A stretch of DNA of 64,000 bases from Phyllobates terribilis (lineage: Eukaryota): NCBI RefSeq assembly GCF_046119375.1, contig NW_027362916.1, forward strand, positions 1,736,001-1,800,000. The letters run 5' to 3'. Positions 48,920 to 59,819 of this stretch are shown in pieces. How positions within the stretch are numbered: the first letter of the stretch is position 1; the number at the start of each line of letters is the position of its first letter. Made by a program: the position numbers and the translations under genes. The notes under the pieces were generated by a model. That model was not told where the DNA came from. It saw only the letters and a list, made by a program, of their open reading frames with translations, and did no database searches.

Positions 48920-49830
48920 AGGAGTGGAGAGATGGGAGAAGCACATGTGTATGTGTGTGTATGTGTGTGTGTGGGGGGGGGAGATGGGAGATGCACATGT
49001 GTGTGTGTGGGGGGGGAGATGGGAGATGCACATGTGTGTGTGTGGGGGGGGAGATGGGAGATGCACATGTGTGTGTGTGGGGGGGGGGAGATGGGAGATG
49101 CACATGTGTGTGGGGGGGAGATGGGAGATGCACATGTGTGTGTGGGGGGGGGGAGATGGGAGATGCACGTGTGTGGGGGGGGAGATGGGAGATGCACATG
49201 TGTGTGGGGGGGGAGATGGGAGATGCACATGTATGTGGGGGGAGAGATGGGAGATGCACATGTGTGTGGGGGGGGAGATGCACATGTGTGTAGGGGGGGA
49301 GATGGGAGATGCACATGTGTGTGTGGGGGGGATGGGAGATGCACATGTGTGTGGGGGGGGGATGGGAGATGCACATGTGGGGGGGATGGGAGATGCACAT
49401 GTGGGGGGGGGGATGGGAGATGCACATGTGTGTGGGGGGGGGAGATGGGAGATGCACGTGTGTGGGGGGGGGAGATGGGAGATGCACATGTGTGGGGGAG
49501 ATGGGAGATGCACATGTGTGGGGGAGAGATGGGAGATGCACATGTGTGGGGGGGGGGAGATGGGAGATGCACATGTGGGGGGAGATGAGAGAGGTGCACA
49601 TGTGGTGGAGGGGGATGAGAGAGGGGCACATGTGGGTGAGGGGGATGAGAGAGGGGCACATGTGGGGGAGGGGGATGAGAGAGGGGCACATGTGGGGGAG
49701 GGGGATGAGAGGGGCACATGTGGGGGGGAGGGGGTGAGAGAGGGGCACATGGAGGGGGATGAGAGCTGCACATGGGGGGGTTTGAGAGCTGCACATGGGG
49801 GAATTGGGAGTAGGGGGATAATGAGCTGCA
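48920..49830 (+). repeat. G-rich GGGAGATGCACATGTG(TG)nG(n) array; second array at 51145-51465
   Basis: Read directly from the sequence. Confidence 0.95.
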
Positions 49831-50324
49831 CATAACGAATGTGGGGTGGGGGAGAGTAAATGATAAATGATGATGGGGTGGGGAGAGCACGGACATGATA
49901 TAATGAATTGGGGCAGGGGGTGCATGTAAATATTGAATGCGGGGAGCAGGAAGTATAGAGTAGGGGGCGTTGCGGATGCAGGAGTGTGACTGGTAACAAA
50001 TTGGCGGAAAGAGTAGAGGTTCTAATTAAATTATATATTAAGTGCCTATTTACAGTTAATGGGGGCACAGTGGTGGATTACAATTTATATTTGGAATGGT
50101 AGGTTGCCTAATAACTAACCATATATTGATGGTGGATGCACGTCTGTATTCAGCTGCGTAATGTAGAAGTTGGGGAATGTGCTCTAGATAACTGTGTTAT
50201 TTTATGCAGAGACGAGTCCTGGCTGGAAGACGTGATGGCGGTCTGTGCTGGATGAAGGAGAAAAGCGAAGATGAAGGACTTCACCTAGAGACGTCACCGG
50301 TGAGTCAGTCTATTACATGTACAC

Positions 50325-50640
50325 TGTGTATAATGTCACTGGTGATCACTGTATTACCTGTACACTGACACTATATACAGAGCTCCTGTGTATAATGTCA
50401 CTGGTGATCCCTGTATTACCTGTACACTGACACTATATACAGAGCTCCTGTGTATAATGTCACTGATGATCACTGTATTACCTGTACACTATATACAGAG
50501 CTCCTGTGTATAATGTCACTGTATTACCTGTACACTGACACTATATACAGAGCTCCTGTGTATAATTTCACTGGTGATCACTGTATTACCTGGACACTTA
50601 CGTTATACATACCATGTATAGAGCTCCCGTGTATAATGAC
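50325..50640 (+). repeat. About 62-bp tandem repeat
   Basis: Unit TGTGTATAATGTCACTGGTGATCACTGTATTACCTGTACACTGACACTATATACAGAGCTCC with deletion variants. Confidence 0.9.
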
Positions 50641-53600
50641 ACTTATGGTAATATTAGTAATGTGGTGGTAATATTAGTAATGTAGTGGTAATATGTGGTC
50701 TGGTCATGGTGTTGCAGTTTTTCTCCCTTCTGTGTGGTATTATTCGGTCACTATGTTGTGGTAATATGTGGTCTGGTCATGGTGTGGCGGTATTCCCTGT
50801 ATGTGGTATTATTGGTCATTTAAAAAAAAAATGTATATGACACATTCCCTTAAAGAAAACTAAATAAAAATATATCTAAAAAGAGTATTGGATATTTTAA
50901 GAAAATTTTAATAGGTTAGAGTAGGGACCGCCCAGAAGAGTCTACCTTATCGTGGTGGCGGCTTTAAAAATCTTTTGGCCAAAACAAAAGCTGATGGCTA
51001 TGTATGTGGCGCCGTCACATGGCCGAACGTCAGGAGAACCTGGTGGCAGCGACGTGGACGAGCGCCAGGATTCTGCAGGGATTGCATGGGGGTAAGTATA
51101 ACAAGTTTTATTTTTTTTAAATACAATTAATTAACTAGGAGTGGGGGGAATCAGAGATGCACGGGGGGGATGAGAGATGCACATGGGGGGGGTGAGAGAT
51201 GCACATGGGGGGGGTGAGAGATGCACATGGGGGGGTGAGAGATGCACATGGGGGGGTGAGAGATGCACATGGGGGGGTGAGAGATGCACATGGGGGGGTG
51301 AGAGATGCACATGGGGGGGTGAGAGATGCACATGGGGGGGATGAGAGATGCACATGGGGGGATGAGAGATGCACATGGGGGGGATGAGAGATGCACGGGG
51401 GGTGAGAGCTGCACATGGGTGGGATGAGAGCTGCACATGGGGGGGTGAGAGATGCACATGGGGGGTTATGTTTACATAACTTTGTTGCCTTATGAAGGGC
51501 AGGGGGGGCCCCCCAAAATTTCTTGCACAGGGGCCCACTACAGTCTGTGTCCGCCCCTGCCTGTATGACTGCGATTTCCAAGGCATATTAATTTGAAGAC
51601 TGCCTGATTATGGTGAGCCCTGACTGCGCATTATGGAGGTGGTGTGTATTCGCTCCGCACCCTTAGAATGTGTGTCTCGTTAAGGCAGAGGTTGAGTGTG
51701 CAGGTGGAGGCCCTAGAGGAGGTGGAGGACGCAGAAGCAGCGGAGGAAGTGGGAAATGCAGAGGTTTCTTCTGCAAGCCTTGGGGATTCCAAGATTTGTG
51801 GATCAGCCCCTTCCCCCACGGCCACCAGAGTCACCCAGTGCCCAGTCAGCGAGATGTAACGCCCTTGGCTATGCTTACTCGTCCTGGTGTCTGTGGTGAA
51901 ATGCACCCTGGCACACGTAGATTTAGATAAGGAAGGATGCAGTGCTCCTCGTGCTTGCATCATTCCATGTCTGTGCCGTAGGGTGAAATGTAACCTCCTC
52001 GTCTTCCTCCTCCATCTCCTCTGATGAGCTACTCCGCTGCGTGACTCTGAGTTCACACCAAGTAGGATCTTCAACCTCGTCATCATCCAATGTGTTATCC
52101 CATTCCTCGCCCTCAGAGTGACCCCTCTCCTCTTGTTGCCCTGACAGCACAGTACAATCCGCATGAGCCTCAGGTATCTGAGTCTCATTGGGATCACCTC
52201 CCTCCCCTGTGGTTAACGTCTGGTGATGAGGTTCAGGAACCTGCTCGTACCCTACTTCGTCCTGCCCCAAATCCAAGCTAAAAAAAATTTGGGCATCGGT
52301 GCAGATGCTTTCCTCCCCTTGACTCTGTGACTGTTTGGAGTACACTTCTGATGCCCATGGTGTAGAATGGGTGAATAGTTCTACAGACTCGCCCATCTGT
52401 GGTTCGCTACAGCCAGTTGTGACGAGGGGAAAACATGAGTAATTGGGGAGCCACCTCTGAGGACTGTACTGCGTGTGATGTTGAGGTTGAGGAAGAGGAG
52501 GAGACGCCACTAGAAGCAGAGCTTGCCATCCACTGGAGCACCTGCTCTTTCTGGGCCTTATCAACAAGGCGTATCGCTGTGCGGCTGCCAAAGGACTAAC
52601 ATAAGTTGTCAGTTGTCTTTGGATAGGACCTGTTTGTGTTGGTTCACTAGTGCTTTCACTAACATTACCACATACCCCACGTACACCTTGAACACCAAGC
52701 CTATTCCCCCTTCTACCACGCCCTTTCTTTTTCCCACTCATGTTGGTCAGATACAGTGGTAGGAGCACGCAATTAACTAAAGAAAAATATGTTTTTTTTC
52801 CTGTGCAATAGCGCAGCACACACCTGAATTTCAGCGACACTAAATGACAAGGTAAGATATGGCCTGCCGTATAACATTACTAATACACAAAAGAAATTTG
52901 TTAGTGTGCATGAGGCTGATAAAACCGACAAGATATTCTCCAAACAATTTCAAACTGAGATGTCCCCTGCTGTATTACTTTAGGAACAGAAGACTTTTTT
53001 TTTAATGTGGATGAGGCCAGTATGACATAGAATATATGCTACCAAATATTTCAAACGCAGATCTAGCCAGCTGTATATTTTTGGGTTGCTCTGCATAAGT
53101 TCTGCGTCCATCTGAATTTGACCGCCACTGACTTAGTAGCTGGCTTATAGCACTGTATGACTTTTGGCACAGGAAAAAATATTTTTTGGACTGGGCGTAG
53201 CAAGAGAAAAGTTCAACTCCACTAAAATAGTATCTGACACTAAAAAAACTTTAGTGCACACAGCTTTCAATATCCCAATAGCAGCAGAAAAAAACAGATT
53301 TTGTGTTCTGCAATAAGAAGCTCTGCAGACTGTGCAGAGCACGTTTTCAACCCCACTAAATGAAAAGGTGCACTGCGCTTGCTTGATCACATTAGCAAGT
53401 GCAAAACAAGATTGAAGGTATACTGAGACATGGAGCTCTATACCAGCGGTGCACAGCACTATTGTATGGCATGGGCCATCTGTTTCTGTCAGAATCTCAG
53501 TACTTGCACAAGAACACCAAAAATGTGCTGCACCAGCGGTTGCAGAGGTACACAGGCCAGGAATTATCTACACTATCTGACTACGATACAAGCGCCCATC

Positions 53601-54104
53601 TATCTAGCTAATATCTCTCATTACACAGGAGAACACTGAGCTGCGTCTGTCTCCAGCAGTGACATGGATATAATGGTGCTGAGGGAACATGGCCGCTTTT
53701 TATATTGAGAGGACATGTGATTTCTGCAGCCAATTGCAGAAGTCCTTATGTCTGGACAGTGTAGATGCTTCCTGCGCTATGATTGGCTGGCTGCGCTTTC
53801 CTCAGTTAAAGTTACCGCCCACAGGAAAAAAGAAAAAAAAGTGCGCCGCTGATCTGACCTGTTCTAAGCTCTCCACAGCACCCACTCACCAGACACATAT
53901 CACCGCCCATCATACACTTGCACTATGCTAGCAAAACTGTTCAAAACGCCGTGGTTGCCCTGTATTCATGGTCCCGTGCAAATTCTTAAACTTTTCAGAT
54001 TTTAAGAAAGTTTGCTCGCCTTTGTGATCACAAATCCGAATGTGCCATATTCGTGCCGAATTTGAAACTTTCGAACATTCGCCGAACAAATTCGCTCAAC
54101 ACTA

Positions 54105-55138
54105 GTGACGACCACAGTTTTACGCTGTGGCCTTTTAGTATAGTATTGTTCAGCGACCAAGTGTGAATAAGTTCAACAACACACAGCTGGCTGACTTTAA
54201 ATAGAGTATATTTGGTATTCTCCACAAAATGTCTGTATTATTATGGCAGTAATATGGGATCAGGTGTGATGACCACGGTTTTAGGCTGGGGCCTTTTAGT
54301 ATAGTATTGTTCAACCACCAAGTGTGAATAGGTTCAACAACACACAGCTGGCTGACTTTAAATCGAGTATATTTGGCACGCTCGACAAAATGTCTATTAT
54401 TACGGCAGTAATATGGGATCAGGTGTGATGATGGAAAATTGTCTCTGCTTTACAATACAGCAATGTGAATAAAATAAAAAAAAAATGCCTGTATTCTGCT
54501 AACAAGCATATGGAGCAGCAAAATGGTGTACTGTATTGCTTTTTAAGCTACTAATCAGGATTAAGATAAAAAAAAAATTAGCCCTGGCCCCTGATATCTG
54601 GGGCCATGTCTACAGATATCTGTAACAGCAGGAGCAGACATAACGTGCAATGGACCCTATTGTGCTGTATACAGTGTCCACAAAACCTGCCTGCCTAACT
54701 CCTGCTATCACCACTGAATATATGCAGCTGGATTAGTCCTCAGAAGGACTGTTAGTTCAGATGGATCTCTATCTTGGTGTGGAATACCTATACCTAACTA
54801 TTACACTGCCAATTCTGTCCTTCACACAGCAACACCTCTCCCTACTCTGCCTGTTTCCGGGTTAGACTGTGATGAGCATAGGGGCACCAGGTCTTATATA
54901 TACCCTATGACGATATGCGGCCTGCCAATCACTGTAATGCCACAACCAAGATGGCAACGGCATTACAGTGAGTGGCAGACAATCCCTGCATGTTCACTGG
55001 CTCTCTTAAGAGTACCAGACATGCAGGGCAGGGACTCGAGCTCTCGCCCAAGCATCCTAAAAATACTCGCCAAGCATGTCGAGCAGTGAGATCCTCAGGC
55101 GAGTACCGAGCAGTGTCGAGCACGCTCGCTCATCACTA
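54105..55138. mobile_element. hAT-type terminal fragment with a local duplication of about 180 bp
   Basis: Ends CGCTCATCACTA (TIR-like); sequence from about 54110 is repeated from about 54275. Confidence 0.45.
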
Positions 55139-56078
55139 CTTCTGATCTTTGGGCACCACCACATCCACATCCCCGTTCCTTAACGTCGCCCTTTCCCATA
55201 TTAAATGCTTTATGAAAAAAAATCCCTGGCTTTATTTTTCACAAATACCCTCACAGATGTGTTATGTATAAAGTCCCTGTATGTAGCAATGTGTGGGTCA
55301 TTTTTTTTAGCTTTATTAGACACGGCAACAGCAGACTCAGGAAAATTACTGGTAAATAGTTTAGTTTGCATAGCTCAGCAGGCTTTGCGCCAGTCGCACA
55401 ACTGCTAGATAAATATACGCTATTTTAGCAATAGGCCAGGAATATTATTTAGCTGAAAAAATTGTTTAGTATATGCAGGTACTAAGGAATAATATTTTTC
55501 TCTAAAAGGAGCTGTTTTATCAATTATGGTACTGGATATGAAACCCTGCCTCTCTCCCTACTCCCATAATCTGTTCCTACATTATACACAATGCACAACC
55601 TACCAAAAAAGAGTGGAGTGACAGAGCCCAAAAAAGAGTCAGGTCAATATCATAATTATTCCAGATAAAAAATCAGTTTTACTGTGTATTAAAAATATGA
55701 AAAGGATGTCCCACAGACACTCCTAAATAGAGCACAACCAAAAAAATAGTAGGTCATAGGTGAAAACTACACAAAGGACAGAGAGACAACCATGTGAGTC
55801 CACAAATATGGGTACATGAAAAGAAGTGACAATATTATCAATCCAAGTATCAATAAATCCAGTTACCAAGTAATTGGACAACGTAACTTACAAGCGCAGG
55901 ATACAATCATGCATATGTGTTATCCTGGCATCATAACAGTAAAGGTGCCCATAAGACATGTTTAACCTTCTCTGATGTCCAAAAATATACTGACATTGGC
56001 TGGGAAGAGAAATTGACACTGACATAAAGATGAGTCATAACATACCCATAGTGCTGTATGGACCAGTGTCTCGCTGGG

Positions 56079-56116
56079 ACCCCGACGCGTGTTTCGCGTG
56101 AGACTCTTCGGGGGGC
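56079..56116 (-). ncRNA. Degenerate minimal type I hammerhead ribozyme (U4C)
   Basis: CCCC-CCGAAGA-GTCTCACGC-GAAA-CACGCG-TC-GGGG. Confidence 0.7.
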
Positions 56117-56260
56117 GTTGTGCACAACGTTGTGCCAGGATAACACATATGCATGATTGTATACTGTGCTTGTAAGTTACATTAAACAACGAAAATATCC
56201 AGATCAATATATACTAAACATCTGGATAAAGAAGAGATACCAGCTGCATATAAAAGGTAG

Positions 56261-58577
56261 GTGGTGACAGATAAATTAATTACCTTATCTACCCATACCT
56301 TATCCACAACTCAACTAACACTCTATTCTCCCTCTTATCACCTAGACCAGTTCACGACGGTGAAAGATACACATCTATTTGCAAGGAAACTCATTTACAA
56401 AAAATTACATTACAAAACAGCGTTGCGTGACCTATTTCCTACCAGAGAAGAAAGGGAAGCATTGGAAACCCTGGAATCTCTGGAGGCAGAAAGTAATTCA
56501 GAGGTTAGTGACTTTCCCCATAATCTATGTAACAAATCTAAGAAATTTCCAGCCCTCAGCCTATGTCCTGCCATTGAGGTATTCACTAAGTTGGTCACTT
56601 TGGACATTGAGAATCTTTCCCAATGTACGCCTTAGAAATCTAACCTAAGTAAAATGGAAAAAATGACGCTAAAATATTTACAAAAATTGAAAGATGTTAT
56701 TTTTAAACCTGCGGACAAATGGGTAAACCTCGTTGTCTGGCCAGTCAGCCTTTACAAAAAGCTAGCATATAAACTTCTGAATACCCCCTATTGTTATAAA
56801 AAAACTTTCTTATAATCCCCTATCCTTTTTCCAGGATGAGTTGGTGTCTATCCTCGAAGGGGCATTCAAACAGGGTGTGATACCAAAAGAGCTGTTGGAT
56901 ACGGTGCGCAAACTACAGCCTCGTTTGGCCACCTTTGACTTAATTCCAAAACATCACAAAAATCCGATTGATCCGCCAGGTAGGCCAATTGTTGCCGGTA
57001 ATGGCAGTTTGTGTGAAATTATATCTAGTGTAGTTGATCACTACTTGAAGCTCTTGGGCTCTGGCCTGCCCTCCTACAAGATACCACGGCCGCCCTACAA
57101 AGATTGGATCACCTCTGCCTCGGTGACCATATAGTCATGGTCACTGCAGACGTAGAGACACTTTATACGTTCATTAAACATGAAGATGGTATTAGGGTGG
57201 TTTCGTGGTATCTGACGTCAAGTGGTCTCAAGCTGTCCCTGGCCGAGCTGCTCGTGGTCCTCCTGGAATTTGTCCTTCGACATGTGTTTATTTTCAAAAA
57301 GAACATCTACTTACAACAACAGGGCTCCGATATGGGGGCCTCCTGTTCCTTCTCCTACGCCAACCTTTTTTTGGGGGTGTGGGAGCGGGATATATTCCAG
57401 GGGGATACCACTGTTGAGATGGACTTGGTCCAGGGAAGGATGAGATACATTGATGATATATGGTTTGTGTGGGAGGCTACGGCCAGAGATTTGGAGAGGC
57501 TTATGACCAAGCTGGATGATAACAATTTGAATATTTGGCTAACATATAAATTCGAAAGAAGTCTGGACTTCTTGGATTTAAAAATCGGGGTATCTGAGAA
57601 TGGTATTATAACTACTGACATATTTAGGAAACCAACTGCGACAAACTCGTTGTTACAGGCAGAATTGGCACACCCACCCTCCACCATAAGAGGAATTCCA
57701 ATAGGTCAGTTCCTTAGGGCCAAGAGGATATGCTCTAATGAGAAAACATTTGAGGAACAAGCGACAGAATTGGCTAATCGGTTTGAAGAGGGGATATAGC
57801 CATAGGTTAATCAGACGGGGTTACAGGATAGCAGCACGAACCCCAAGAGATCAATTAATTTATGGCAATAAAAAAAACATCAACAAATCGGAGGAGGTAC
57901 GATTTATTTCGGTATATAACAATCAGTGGCCTGAAGTGAGATCAATTTTACAGAAGCACTAGTAAGTTCTATTAACAGATCCGATCCTCCGTCAAATCCT
58001 CCCCCCAGCACCCTCAATGGTGGCGAAGCAAAGTCCAAACTTAAAAGATCTGTTGGTTCACAGTCACTATGATCCGGAGAGATGTAGAGATAAACAGGAT
58101 AACAGGAAAGAGATTAATGTTTTTTTCCCGTGCGGGCTTTGTAAGGCGTGTGGATATTTGAAGAAGGCAAAGAAGTTTGATAGTTTTGGTGGCTCCAAAA
58201 CATTTGAAATAAGGGCACATTTAAATTGTACCTCGAAGGGCGTAATTTATTATGCCCAATGTCCTTGTAAAAAGATATATGTCGACTTACTACTAAAGAA
58301 TTAAAAATTTGAGTAAGAGAGCAAGTTAGGGACATTATCAAAGCCAAAACGGTGGAAGACCCTAGCACTCAAAACTTTACCACGCCATTTTTTACATCAC
58401 CATCAATGCAGCCCAAGAGAATTCCGCATCATAGATATTGATCAAGTCACCATGGGAGCAAGAGGAGGGGACCTGGGGAGGATTTTAGCACAACTGGAGA
58501 GTAAGTGGATCTATCGACGGGGTACCCTAGCACCGGCAGGACTTAATGAAAGCTTTGGGTTCAGTACCTTCCTATAA
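56261..58577 (+). pseudogene. Penelope RT plus GIY-YIG endonuclease ORF, frameshifted
   Basis: Motifs KPADK, LIPKHHKNPIDPPGRPIVAG, TADVETLYT, QGSDMGASCS.SYANLF, RYIDDIWFVW, linker PCGLCKAC, CTSKGVIYYAQCPC, and W...GTLAPAGLNE. Confidence 0.9.
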
Positions 58578-58896
58578 TAGAGGCTAATGGGTAGATGGGG
58601 GTTTCTTTTAATATCTTATGGTTTTATTGTAGATGTATTGGTGTTTTTAATGGTTTTTATTCATCCTTAGGAAAGCTTTTGCCTGGGTTGATGGGTCGTG
58701 CGGGATGTCTGTTTCCAGTGGCTGAGGGACCAGCTCAATTGTACGAGCAAGGCAGTTGCGTGTCTATCCGCGCGGATGACCCTACACGTGTGGGAAAGAA
58801 GACTACAGTGACAATATAGTCGTCTATGTGAATTATTGTATCAATATGTTAGATGTGGGTTTTAAATGTATAGGGGTTATTTTATACTAATATATA

Positions 58897-58993
58897 CACT
58901 GGGTATGGAAAGTATTCAGACCCCTTTAAATTTTTCCCTCTTTGTTTCATTGCAGCCATTTGGTAAATTCTAAAAAGTTCATTTTTTTTCTCA
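58897..58993. mobile_element. Tc1-like left end, interrupted by the piggyBac-like element
   Basis: TA|CACTGGGTATGGAAAGTATTCAGACCCC resembles a Tc1 TIR. Confidence 0.65.
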
Positions 58994-59819
58994 TTAACCC
59001 CTTAAGCCCCGCGGGTGGTTTGCACGTTAATGACCGGGCAAATTTTTACAATTCTGACCACTGTCACTTTATGAGGTAATTACTCTCGAACGCTTCAACG
59101 GATCCCCCTGATTCTGAGACTGTTTTTTCGTGACATATTGTACTTCATGATTGTGGAAAAATTTCTTCGATATCACTTGCGTTTATTTGTGAAAAAAACG
59201 GAAATTTGGCAAAAATTTTGAAAATTTTGCAATTTTCAAAATTTGAATTTTTAAGCCCTGAAATCAGAGCGATATGTCACACAAAAGAGTTAATAAATAA
59301 CATTTCCCACATGTCTACTTTACATCAGCACAATTTTGGAACCAAAATTTTTTTTTGTTAGGGAGCTATAAGGGTTAAAAGTTGACCAGCGATTTCTCAT
59401 TTTTCCAACAAAATTTACAAAACCATTTTTTTAGGGACCACATCACATTTGAAGTCACTTTGAGAGGTCTTTATGACAGAAAATACCCAAAAGTGACACC
59501 ATTCTAAAAACTGCACCCCTCAAGGTGCTCAAAACCACATTCAAGAACTTTATTAACCCTTCAGGTGCTTCACAGGAATTTTTTGAATGTGGAAGAAAAA
59601 AATGAACATTTAACTTTTTTCACAAAAATGTTAATTTAGACCCAATTTTTTTTATTTTCACAGGGGTAACAAGAAAAAATGGACCCCAAAATTTGTTGTG
59701 CAATTTCCCCTGGGCACGCAGATACCCAATATTTGGGGAAAAAATACTGTTTGGGCGCACGGCAGGGCTCGGAAGGGAAGGAGCGCTATTTGACTTTTTG
59801 ATTGTAAAATTTGCTTGAA

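Larger units (their letters stand above)
48511..51559. mobile_element. Non-autonomous hAT-type element containing G-rich arrays and exon-like segments
   Basis: TIR CAGGGGCGGA / TCCGCCCCTG with a perfect 8-bp TSD CCTGTATG (48503-48510 / 51560-51567). Confidence 0.9.
46890..52741 (-). pseudogene. hAT transposase remnant (ZBED-like), interrupted at 48511-51559
   Basis: Motifs VHFTTDT.TSKHSQGRYISLTGHWV, HTGEELW, CDYGANLLAAL, PCMADVLNLVVQRFL, CDVPTWWNSTLHML and LSCPAA..LSE.VFSAA. No BED finger was seen. Confidence 0.88.
45330..54104 (-). mobile_element. Decayed hAT DNA transposon with subterminal repeats; left boundary uncertain
   Basis: Transposase remnant and TIR-like end TTCGCTCAACACTA at 54091-54104. 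Imperfect repeats of about 300 bp occur at 45390-46800. Confidence 0.7.
55883..58896 (+). mobile_element. Penelope-like element (Neptune-like) with an inverted pLTR fragment at its 5' side
   Basis: RT and GIY-YIG remnants, a 48-bp inverted repeat at 55883-55930 / 56133-56180, and a hammerhead relic on the minus strand. Confidence 0.85.

Noticed and set aside
48784-50068. Overlapping Pro/His- and Gly-rich ORFs of 230-384 aa
   Set aside because: They are products of the G-rich repeat array and are open on both strands.
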